Positions 11,314-22,100 of a stretch of 32,000 nt of DNA are shown here, piece after piece. The notes under the pieces were generated by a model. The model was not told the DNA's origin and ran no database searches. It saw only the letters and a list, made by a program, of their open reading frames with translations. Source of the stretch: Candidatus Saccharimonadota bacterium (GTDB lineage Bacteria; Patescibacteriota; Gracilibacteria; BD1-5; UBA6164); NCBI GenBank assembly GCA_004563595.2, contig CP042461.1, forward strand, positions 360,001-392,000, in the 5' to 3' direction. Position 1 is the stretch's first letter. Every line of letters starts with the position of its first letter. A program made the translations under genes and the position numbers.

Positions 11314-11733
11314 ATGAATCAGATGAACTTTTTTTATGAAAATTTATTAATTATTCCATTTATAACTTTTTTTCTTACCGTTATATGAAAGGGGATATTG
11401 ATAAAGATAAAGACTGGGAAGGTAGAAATATCTCAATCTTTTGGAAGTTGAGGTATGCCATCTGTTCATTCTTCGGTAGTTGTTTCACTTGCAACGGCTA
11501 TAGCATTAAAACATGGAATAGCATCAGATTATTTTGCTCTGGCTATTACTATGACAGTTATTATTATTTATGATGCAATTAATGTTAGATATGAGGCATG
11601 ATTACATGCTTCTGCTATTAATACGCTTCTTTGAAAAGTGAAGTTCAAAGAATCATTGTGACACTTACCTTCAGAAGCATTTGCAGGAAGTATGTTATGA
11701 ATATTTATTGCGACACTTATGTATTATATGTAA
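11314..11733 (+). CDS. Divergent PAP2 / DUF212 (YuiD-like) membrane protein, 139 aa
   Basis: ATG 11314 is preceded by aaagga. The motif GSGGMPSVHSSVVVSLATAIAL matches the DUF212 GGMPSSHSA motif. Multiple TM segments. TAA 11731-11733. Confidence 0.75.
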
Positions 11734-11770
11734 AAAAAGCTTTCTTAGATTTTCTAAGAAAGCTTTTTTT
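11732..11770. terminator. Bidirectional terminator, perfect 17-bp hairpin
   Basis: aaaaaaagctttcttag atttt ctaagaaagcttttttt, shared by the convergent DUF212 gene and glmS. Confidence 0.8.
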
Positions 11771-13592
11771 ATTCTACTGTAACGCTTTTTGCAAGATTTT
11801 GAGGTTTATCTATATCTTTCCCAAGTTCCTTTGCTATTTCAACTGAGAATATCCAAAGAGGAATGAGAGGAAGGAATGGATTTAATAGTTCATGACTATC
11901 TGGTATTTCGATGATATCATCATATATATCAATGAGAGTATCTCCTTGTGTGATGACTCAAAGTATTGTTCAGTTTCTTGCTCATATTTCTTTTATGTTT
12001 GAGATAGTTTTATCTCTGAGTTTTCATTTTGGATTTATAGCAATACAAGGGAAGTCAGGTGTAATAAGAGCAAGAGGTCAATGTTTTAACTCTCATGTAC
12101 TATAACATTCAGCATGTAGATAGCTAAGTTCTTTCAGCTTTAAACTACATTCTGCAGCTGTTCCATACATGAGGTTTCTTCAGAGGTAAAAGAAGTTATC
12201 ATATTTAGAATACTTTTTTGCAAGACTTTTATAGTGTTCTTTATTTTTTAATTGTTCCTTAAATAAATTTGGAAGCTCTCATATTTTTTCAATCAAATGT
12301 TTTGCTTCGAAATTTTGTAAGTCTCTTTTATTTCACATCGAAATAGCTATGAGAAGAAGCACCGCAAGTTGTCATACTATATTTTTTGTAGATGCAACTC
12401 ATACTTCAATTCAGGAATGTGAATACAGTCACATATCAGCCATTCTTGCAATTGTTGATCAGACAACGTTTACAATTCAGAATGTGAGGCATCACTTTTG
12501 TTGTACCATTTTTAATGATTCTCTTACATCAGCCGTTTCTCCTGATTGGGAAATGAATATATAAAGAGTGCTTGTACTTGGGAGAAACTTCTCATATAAA
12601 AATTCTGAACTAATTTTTATTTCAGTTTTTATTCCTGCTAATTCTTTGAACCACCCTCATCATACAACTCCTGCAAAATAACTTGACCCTGATGCTATAA
12701 TCTCTATGGAGTCTATATCATAAGTATTCAGCTCTTCAAGAGTTTCATTTGTTATGGTTTTGTTTTCAAAGTTTATTCTTCCTTTCAGAGCGTTAATAAG
12801 TACATTGGGAACTTCATGTATCTCTTTTTCAGTGAATGTTTCAAAATCTCATTTATCTGCAATTTCAAAATCATCAGCAATTTTTTCTGTTTGTTTATTG
12901 ATGATTTCTCAGAGTGAATAAACATTATATTTTCCATTTTCGACAATAACTGTTTCATTATCCTCAAGAATCGTAAACTCATCTGCTACATTATTGATAG
13001 CGTTGATATCACTTGAAAGAAATACTCCATCTTTTCATAATCAGACAATCATAGGACTTCCTAGCTTTGCTCATACCATAGTATCTGGATGTTCTTTATC
13101 AATAAGTACAATAGCATATGCTCAAATAAGTTTTTTTATAAGCCTCTCAAGTGTATTTTTTATATCTCAGTCATAGAGATCATCTACTAATTTAGCAATA
13201 ACTTCACTATCAGTTTCTGAATAAAATGAATATTTTTTTGAGAGTTCTTCTTTGAGTTCTACATAATTTTCAATGATTCCATTGTGAACAATATAAAACC
13301 TATCGTTATTTGATGTATGAGGATGGGTGTTTTCAAGTGTTACTTTTCCATGAGTAGCCCATCTGGTATGTGCAATTCAATTTGTATATATAGTATTTTT
13401 AGAGTTACTATGATCTACCTTACTTGCTAGATTTGATACTTTTCAAATAGATTTTTCTAAATAAAATTTTCATGATGTATTTACTCAAAACACTCAAGCG
13501 CTATCATAACCTCTATATTCTAGATTTCTGAGTCAGTCTATAAGTAATGGAATAGAGTTTCCCTTTCAATTATAAGCAAATATTCAACACAT
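11769..13592 (-). CDS. glmS: Glutamine--fructose-6-phosphate aminotransferase GlmS, 607 aa
   Basis: The reverse-strand N-terminus [31 protein letters not shown] has the catalytic Cys2, and Gly3 is TGA. The C-terminus is ...[10 protein letters not shown], then stop. The span is 1824 nt, divisible by 3. Confidence 0.95.
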
Positions 13593-13707
13593 ATATGGAT
13601 TTTATTAGAGAATATATATTATATTTGAGAGTACTTTTTTTATCATGAAAATCAATTATTTTTCGCATAAAAAAAGAATTGATTTTGAAAAACCAATTCT
13701 TCTTATT

Positions 13708-14160
13708 CTACACTCTAATTTTTTTTATTTTTTCTCAATACCTCATACACTTTGAAGGTATACATTTTCAAGTGATTCATGCTATAAGAGGAAAGAATCA
13801 AAGGAAAAATATTAATGTATCAATTTCTAAATCAGCAGATCCTTGAATGATAGAAGAAGAATAAAATAGAAGAATTGCAAAAAATATTTGAAGCATTCTC
13901 ATATACTTTTTCTTCAGTAAACAAGCATTACTTATTCATAGTATAATTGGTCATAACCCAAGAGCAATAATTGCATACTTTATTGAAAGTGCGAGATTAT
14001 TTGATATTTCAATTCCAAAAAGAGTAGATTCGAGTTGGTCTCATTGATATATTAAATTATAATACCCAGCAAGAACGATGAGAAGACCGAATATAATTCT
14101 AAAGCTTGTAATTGCTTTATCGCTTGGTCTTTTTTGTAAAAATTGTAATAATTGCATCAT
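13708..14160 (-). CDS. Small integral membrane protein, 150 aa (possibly YgaP/DUF2892-like)
   Basis: Reverse-strand ATG-ATG at 14160 to TAG 13708-13710 (453 nt). About four hydrophobic segments (FRIIFGLLIVLAGYY, AIIALGLGPIILGI, MLQIFFAILLFYSS, LIFFLGFFPLIAGITG). The family assignment is tentative. Confidence 0.55.
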
Positions 14161-14230
14161 AAGACTTCTTTTTTATAAGATTAAATAGGTTTCTATTCTA
14201 TTTAATCTCCTAAAAAAGCAAAATTAAATT

Positions 14231-14257
14231 TTGACTTTTCATAATATTTTATATAAT
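14231..14257 (+). promoter_or_regulatory. Candidate promoter for tRNA-Gln (TTGACT-N15-TATAAT)
   Basis: ttgact 14231-14236 and tataat 14252-14257. The spacer is a short 15 nt. It lies about 30 nt upstream of the tRNA 5' end. Confidence 0.35.
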
Positions 14258-14288
14258 ACTCGGGCTTCTAAAAATCGAATTTACCTAC

Positions 14289-14363
14289 TGGGATGTCGCC
14301 AAGCGGTAAGGCAACGGACTTTGACTCCGTTATGCGTAGGTTCGAATCCTACCATCCCAACCA
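14289..14363 (+). tRNA. tRNA-Gln (anticodon UUG), CCA encoded
   Basis: The cloverleaf can be read directly: acceptor tgggatg/catccca (U1-A72 as in E. coli tRNA-Gln), D-arm gcc-aagcggtaa-ggc, anticodon stem acgga/tccgt with loop cTTTGac, T-arm gtagg-ttcgaat-cctac, discriminator A, then CCA. Confidence 0.95.
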
Positions 14364-14403
14364 TATAGATTATACATATACTATTCTTATTTAATAGTAA
14401 AAC

Positions 14404-14432
14404 TTGATTAGGGAAAAGTTTTTCAGTATAAT
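14404..14432 (+). promoter_or_regulatory. Candidate promoter for rplU (TTGATT-N17-TATAAT)
   Basis: ttgatt 14404-14409, exactly 17 nt of spacer, tataat 14427-14432. It lies 46 nt upstream of the rplU ATG. Confidence 0.5.
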
Positions 14433-14478
14433 TTATTCTAAAAAATAAATAAAATTTAAAATTTAAAACTATTATATT

Positions 14479-14790
14479 ATGTTAGCTGTTATTGAACTCG
14501 GTGGAAATCAATTTACTGTAAAAGTATGAGATGTAATTGATGTTAAAAAACAAGATAAAGAAGTAAATGCTACTATAACTACGCAAGCGCTACTTATTTC
14601 TGATGAAGAAGGGAAAGATACAAAAGTTGGAACTCCTACAATAGGAGGATCGAAGGTTGAACTAAAAGTTTTAGAACAACTTAAGGGTGAAAAAGTAAGA
14701 GTATTCAAAATGAAATCTAAGAAAAGACATATGAAAAATAGAGGTTTTAGACCACATATAACTAAACTAGAAATTTTGTCTATAGCATAA
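14479..14790 (+). CDS. rplU: 50S ribosomal protein L21, 103 aa
   Basis: MLAVIELGGNQFTVKVGDVIDV...GEKVRVFKMKSKKRHMKNRGFRPHITKLEI is the typical L21 sequence. TAA 14788-14790. Confidence 0.9.
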
Positions 14791-14795
14791 TTTTT

Positions 14796-14846
14796 AAAAA
14801 TCTTATTTCTTTGGTATAATAACTGTAAGGAATAAGATTTTTTTGA
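14796..14846 (+). terminator. Possible terminator after rplU (long-loop hairpin plus T-run)
   Basis: aaaaatcttatt ... aataagattttttt. The stem is about 12 bp but the loop is about 20 nt, so this is less canonical. Confidence 0.4.
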
Positions 14847-14912
14847 TGCTTTAATGTTACATTAAGGTTTTAAGATACTATAATTTATAGTTTATATTCA
14901 TAAAAATATCAT

Positions 14913-16019
14913 TTGCCTACAAAAGTTAACACAAAAGCCCGTATTAATAGACATTTAAGAATTTTCAAAGACGATATATGAATTTCTAAGAAAAATAAAA
15001 AGACGAATCAATCATATACTTTTATACTTTTTGTAATTCTATTACTAACACCTATTTATCCTAGCTTTGCTTCATTTATTCATAATAATAATCAGTTTAA
15101 TTTTGATAGGGGAGATATAGATGAACAATCAATTATCTGATCATATTATTGAGACAATGAAGAAGAAGATGAAGATACGCCTATTTTGGAATCATCGGAT
15201 TCATTTCTATCAGTAAATACTATACTTGATGATGAGAGAGATCTATCATGAACAAATGAGATATTAGATTATGAAGTAAAGCCATGAGAATCATTTTATT
15301 CTATAGCTTATAAGTTTAAAGTTTCAACAAATTCAATTTATTGGGCAAATAATTTTTCTAAGAATCATACTCTTCAACCAGGTGATATATTAAAAATACC
15401 ACCAGTATCAGGATTAATTCATCAAGTTAAAAAATGAGAGACACTCTCAGCTATTGCTAAAAAATATGATGTAGATGAAGATAAGATAAAAAGTCAGAAC
15501 CTTCTTTCTATCTGAGAAACTCTACAAGCTTGAGAAGTTCTTGTGATTCCTGGAGCGATTAAAAAATCTCCAAAACCTATATACAAAAAACCAACGAGCT
15601 ATGCAAAAACATCAGCAAAATCATGATACAAATTTGCGCAAGCTGCGAAGAGTCAATATACAACTAATAAAGGTTCTTACAATTTGATATGGCACAAACC
15701 TCAATCATGAGCTGCTTGAAATTGTACGTGGTATGTAGCATCTTATAAAAAGGTAAATTGGAGATGAAACGCAAATAGATGGATGGCAAATGCGAGAGCA
15801 AAATGACATGCAACTTGAAGTGCACCAAAAGTTTGAGCAATCGTACAGTTTACAGGGAGATGATACAATCCAAGATATGGTCATGTGGCTATTGTAATGG
15901 ACTTAAAGGATGATTATATGATAGTAAGTGATATGAACTACAGAAGGTTATACGAAGTGACTTACCGTAAAGTACCAGTAAATGATAGATCAATAGATTG
16001 ATATATTTATATAGACTAA
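14913..16019 (+). CDS. Secreted peptidoglycan hydrolase: 2x LysM + C-terminal CHAP/NlpC-P60-type amidase/peptidase, 368 aa
   Basis: The frame opens after TAA 14901 and there is no in-frame ATG near the 5' end, so TTG 14913 is the proposed start. TM/signal FILFVILLLTPIYPSFA. LysM 1: YEVKPGESFYSIAYKFKVSTNSIYWANNF...LQPGDILKIP. LysM 2: HQVKKGETLSAIAKKYDVDEDKIKSQN...LQAGEVLVIP. CHAP-like: GNCTWYVASY...GAIVQF...YGHVAIVM. TAA 16017-16019. Confidence 0.85.
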
Positions 16020-16047
16020 AAAATAGAACGAAAGTTCTATTTTTTTA
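16018..16047 (+). terminator. Rho-independent terminator
   Basis: aaaaatagaac gaaa gttctattttttt. Confidence 0.7.
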
Positions 16048-16107
16048 TTCTCTAATAATAATAATAAATATTTTACATATTGAGAGTAGAAGGTCAAGCT
16101 ATAGTTC

Positions 16108-16136
16108 TTGCGTCTAAAAATTAGTTATGATAAAAT
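16108..16136 (+). promoter_or_regulatory. Candidate promoter for giant surface protein gene (TTGCGT-N17-TAAAAT, TG extended -10)
   Basis: ttgcgt 16108-16113, 17-nt spacer ending in ...tga, taaaat 16131-16136. It lies 30 nt upstream of ATG 16167. Confidence 0.4.
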
Positions 16137-16166
16137 TACAGTAATTATATTATTAATACTTACGAA

Positions 16167-19100
16167 ATGAAGAACACTGTAAACAAATATCTCATTTGAG
16201 CAATTTTACTCTTGAGTTTCACTTTTACATCTGTTAATGCAGAGTGTAATGAATGAGTAGACGGTTGTCTATCTGGTTGGAACCATACATCAAATACTGG
16301 TTCTATTTGGAATAATTGGACATGGTTTAATCCAATGTCAGAATTTGGATGAGTTGGTTTTATGATAAATGAAGATAATCCACTTTGGAGTGGTCCTGCA
16401 TTTAATTGGGCAAATGGATGAAGAATTAGGTCTTTTAGTAAAGGAGCGAATGATGGAGCAGCTGTTACAGCTGCGATAGATCCAGATAATAGAGCACCAA
16501 CTACTACGGTGTGAAGTTCTTTTAAAGTAGTTGATCTACCAGAATCCACAAGTAATGGTGCATCTTGGTGGATGTGGTATGATAGAATATGAATGGCCGC
16601 GAGAGGTCTTACCAATGCAAATACTGATAGAATGAGTTTTTATATAAAAACTGAGGATATGGAACCTCTATCAACACCAACGGGGATTAATATATGGGGA
16701 TATCATGTGGGGACATATTTATGTTGGGATGAAGGGTGTAATGGTGGATGAAGTGGATGAGAAGGTCCAGGGAATCAACATTATTATCACTATCTTGGAC
16801 TGAATCCATGAGCATGGATTCATGTAGAGTTAGATCAACATCCACAACATAGAAGGGATTGAAGCGGACCTGTTTTAGGGAACAATCCATCGTTTATAGA
16901 ATCAGGGAAGAATTATTTTGAAAATATGTCTCGTTTTTACATGGAGATTAGGTCAGCTCAAACTGACACAACTACGATGCATATTGATGAAATGGAGTAT
17001 TATTCGACTCAAGACAGTGTAGAACCAAATCAAAATGATGAATCAGTTACTTCTGTTTGGGTAGGGAATTGGAGAGCAGATGATTATTGGGAGATAGGTT
17101 TTGCTGATAATTCGTTTGGTGAGGATAGTATGAATTGAGACACTTGGTCTACTTTTGAAATAAAGTGGTCAACAAGTCCGATTACAAATGCAAACTATGA
17201 TTCAGCAACACTTATAGAACCAATGTTTTACACAGGAGACCAATATACAGATAAGGGCGTATGAGCAATTCGTAGATCTGATTCTTGGGAAAGAGGAGTA
17301 TGGACACGTTTTGAATTACCAGATTCAGTTGAAATAGAGTGAAATAAATTGTATTTTGCTATAAAAGATATATCTATTATATGAACATGAGCTGGTAATG
17401 ATTACCCTTGGAATAAAAATGATCTTTATACTGCACCAACTGATAATATTAGAATTATTGATTATGTTGTAGGTCCAATTGTTGTTAACCCACTTGAGAT
17501 GACAACAACAGAAGTACCAACAGCAATTTTAAATTCATCATATTCAGAACAAATAAGTATTAAATGATGAGTAGCACCACACATATTTTCAACAACATCA
17601 TCACTTCCAGCAGGTGTAACTCTCTCAAATGCAGGTCTTCTTTCAGGAACACCAACTGAGTTAGGGATATTTAATATTGAAGTAATAGTTGATGACTCTA
17701 ATAGTCCATCAACTCAAATTACAAAGAGTTTTACACTGATGGTGAACCCACCGGAAGTATGTAATGATGGAATAGATAATGATGGAAATGGGAAGATAGA
17801 CTGTGCAGATTATGCCTGTACAGATTGATGTAGTCAATTACTGGTAGACTTTTGAAATAGTGCAATAAATGATACCTTTAGTATTTCAGGTTGGAATACA
17901 GTTTTTAAAGATACTTATACTGGTTATTATAACCAATGAATGACGAATACAGCTGGAACGAATAAAGATTATAACTATCAATGAGTTTCTGGTTCATCAA
18001 TGGAATTTGCAGAATGAGATAGAGTTTTACTCACATGGTATAATAATACGAGTTCTCAGATTACATTTACTCCAAGAATAAGTTTTGATGACAATGATAG
18101 ACCTGTTTCAGGAGTTGCAGGAACATGGTACTCAACAACTCAGTGAGTAATAGAAGCTTGATCATATGGTGTAACAGAGTATGAAGTAACATCAGCAAGT
18201 GCAGGAAATTACACACTTGTAAATACAAATGTGAATTATGAACATAATACAGAACTAATCTTAGATAAGATATCGCTTATTGATGCATGAGCGACTGGAG
18301 GGTGAACAGGGACAGGGGCAACAGATATAACAGCTCCAGTATTATCAAATGGATTTCCAAGTGGAGAACAAATATCAGGAACAACAAATACAACATTAAG
18401 TATATCTACCGATGAGAATGCCTTTTGTAAATATTCAACTGTTGTAAATACAACATATGGATCAATGATAAATAGTTTTTCTACAACATGAGCTCAATCA
18501 CATACAGTAAGTGTATGAGGACTTACAGATGGTGTATCGTATACATATTATGTAAGATGTATTGATGGAGATTCAAATGAAAATACAAATGATTACATCA
18601 TTAGCTTTTCAGTATCGGAAGCTTGAACCCCTACAACTTCTACAGGATTGATACATAATTATCAATTTGATGAAAACACTTGAACGGTTCTTTGAGATGG
18701 TTTTGGTGGACAATGAACTATATCAAATGGTTCTTGGAAAACTGGTCTTATAAATTCTGCAGTAGATTTTGATAATACAACTATTTCATTATGAAATATG
18801 GATGTAACATGAAATGGACTTACTATTTCAGCTTGGGTAAATCCAGATACTTTTGCAATTCATGATGCAAGAATCATTTCAAAAACATCAAGCCCATCTG
18901 AAGCTGACCATTATTGGATGATGAGTACACAAGGTGAAAGTGGAAGATATTATCCTCGTTTTCGTTTAAAATCTGATCAAGAAACAGTAACACTTGTATG
19001 ATATAATGTAGAACTTCAAGCATGAATATGGCAACAGATTACTGTGACATACGATCAGGCAACAATGAAGATCTATGTAAACGGTGTTGAAGCTGGATCA

Positions 19101-22100
19101 TCAACAGCTGCAAACTGACCAGTTGCAACAAATGCTACCATAGAAGCTACCATTTGAGCGAATCCAGATGGATCACGTAATTTTGATGGATCAATTGATG
19201 AATTAAAGATATATGATGAAGCTCTGAGTGCAGTAGATGTACTCACTGATTATAATGATGATATAGCTACTTCATGATATACTCCAGGTACAGGAGGTGG
19301 AAGTGGAGGTACAGGAACGGGAGGTACAGGAGGAGGATGAACAATAGAGTGACCAAATAATCCACTTGCTTGAATTTCAGATCTTAAATATACAGGAGCC
19401 TTTATTATTCCTACATGAACATATGGTGTAGCAGGTACTCCATATTCTGAGGGAAAAATTGCATATAATCCTGATAACCATTCTTTGTTTCTTTCTACAG
19501 TAGATTCAAATAACCCTGATACAGATTTTACTGTTCCAGATTCAGTGTTATGAGAATTTTCTATTCCAAATATCAGTATGAGTGAAGATAGGCTTGACCT
19601 GAGTCCAGCTGTAAATATTCAAGGATTTATTGATTTGTATGATGATGCACCAGCATCAAGTTTAGAGCGTATTTCATGAATGTATTATAAAAATGGTGAA
19701 CTATTTGTAAATGGTTTAGTCTTTTATGATGCAAGTGCAAATGGAACAGATACTTCACTTGTTATTCGTGATGCAAATGCAATGGGATCTTCTCAAATTG
19801 ATGGTATCTTTAAAATGGAGTGAGCCGCAAGAGCGGCATGATGGATTTCTGATATCCCATCTGACTGGCAAACTCCATTTGGAGCGACACAAATATCAGG
19901 GAATGCAAGTAATTTAGCGATTGATAGTCGTAATAGTATGGGGCCAAGTGCTTTTACCTTTGATATAGATACTATCATTGGAAATAACTCTCCAGCTACT
20001 ACGATAGCAACTACTACTATCATGAATTACCCATTAAATGAGTATGGTGCAGAGAGTCATGCTATGTATCCTCAAGATAAATTTCCAAACCTTACTCCAA
20101 ATCAATGGATAGGATGGGAATGAGATAATTATGAAAGTGTAGATTATAATAACATAGATTGGGATAATGATGGTACTTTTGATCATGATAATGATCTATG
20201 GACTTCAAATTCTCATGCTGATTATGGATTTATAATTCCATGAACAAATACCTATGCTGTTTTCTGATCTACAGGAGGTGCAGAAAGTGGTATATGATAT
20301 AAAGTAAAAGAAGAAGATAGAATAAATGTTACACCTGGGAGTTGAAACTGTGCATGACCATGTACTTTTGATGGGAATGATACAAGTAATTTCTATTGGT
20401 TCTTTGATGTAGATGATATGATAGCTGTAAAGAGTGGTGTTATGCAAGCTCATGAAGTAAGACCATATAGTTATTGAGAAATGGTGGTTCCATTTGAAAG
20501 AAGAAATGGTTCACTTCATACGATAAAGTGAGGGAGTTATGATGCTACAACACAAACTTTATATTTATCACTTTCTAAGTATTTAGATCCAAATCCACCT
20601 ACTATTGTTACCTACAATGTTGACCTTTCAAACAATGAAAATAATACAGGAACTGGAACAACTACAGGAACAGGAACATCGGATACAACATCTCCATTTC
20701 TTTCAAATGGGACTCCGAGTGGAGAACAGGTATCAGGAACAACAAATGTAACTTTGAGTGTTTCAACAAATGAAAATGCATTTTGTAAATATTCAACAAC
20801 TTCAAACATAGCATATGGATCAATGACAAACAGTTTTTCTACTACATGAGGTCAGTCACATACTATAAGTGTATGAGGATTCACAGATGGTAATTCATAT
20901 AGATACTATGTAAGATGTATTGATTGATCACTCAATGAAAATGCTTCAGATTATGTAATTAATTTTTCAATAGCAGAACCTTCAAGTGCTGCTGTTCCAC
21001 CGGAAAATAATGTCTGCTTACCTTTAGCAGCCCCGAGTCAAAGTGATACAATCATTAATGTAGTGCCATCTCAAGCTCTTCAATTAAGAGATATTATAAT
21101 GTGAGCACAATCTGACACTACTATCTATCTTGCTGATGGAACATATAATGTGGGAAGTAATTTCCGTTTAGAGTTTACTAATCCAAGAGTTACTGTGAGG
21201 TCTCTTTCTTGAAATAGAGATGCGGTAATTGTTGATGGATGATATAATCAATCATGAGCTGCTGAGATATTTTATGTAAATATTCCAAATATTACTATTG
21301 CGGATATTACGATTCAAAAAGCTTATTATCATCCTATTCATGTAACTTGAAATGGTGATAATGCAAACATATATAATGTAAAAATTATAGATGGTGCGGA
21401 ACAATTTATCAAGATTAACCCTGAAGGAACGAATTACCCAGATAATGGGAGAATTAGTTGTTCATATTTTGAATTGACTGATGCATGAAGTACTCATACA
21501 AGGAATGGATGTTATACTGGGGGAATAGATGCTCACTCTGCACAATGATGGTTTGTTAAAAACAATACTTTTAAAGATATCTATTGTCGTGATAATAGTG
21601 GTATAGCTGAACACGCCGTTCACTTTTGGTCACAAAGTAGAGATACTCATGTTGAATGAAACCTCATGATAAATAATGCTCGTGGTATATGATTTGGTCT
21701 CTGAGCAACTCCTACTACTTGAATAAGGTATTATGCTGATCAACCATTACTTGGAACTTCTTTAACAGAAGCTGATGTACAACATATTGGTTGAGTTATT
21801 CAAAATAATATAGTTTATTGAGATAATTGATCATACTTTGATACTGGTATTTGAGTAGAAAAAGCTCATAATCCAAAAATTTATAATAATACTGTATATA
21901 CAAATAATAATGGGAGTCTTCCACTAGATGCACGTTTTACATCAACAACAGCAGAATTTATAAATAATATTTATTATCCAAATTATTTTTCTATACGTGA
22001 TGGTGCAACGGTAAATGCTTCAAATAATATAAGTGTGTGATCTACGGCCTTTGTAGATATTGCAAACCTTGATTTTAATCTTGTTACAGCTTCAGCCCCA

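Noticed and set aside
13593-13707. glmS ribozyme in the 5' UTR of glmS (minus strand).
   Set aside because: The intergenic region is only 115 nt and extremely AT-rich. It lacks the GC-rich conserved core helices of the glmS ribozyme. It contains only a 10-bp aaaatcaatt/aattgatttt hairpin, which is more likely a weak terminator for the upstream membrane-protein gene.
14791-14912. Possible small RNA or missing rpmA between rplU and the LysM-CHAP gene.
   Set aside because: No ORF with L27 features is present, and I recognise no conserved RNA structure beyond a long-loop hairpin. The region is best explained as terminator plus promoter/5' UTR.
16160-16615. 151-aa minus-strand ORF from the supplied track, together with similar minus-strand ORFs at 6262-6927, 19793-20023, 20205-20809, 23966-24481, 25022-25315 and 31130-31327.
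   Set aside because: All lie antisense to long plus-strand genes that have clear homology or repeat structure under table 25. Their translations are low-complexity with no recognisable motifs. They exist only because the track treats TGA as a stop on the true coding strand.
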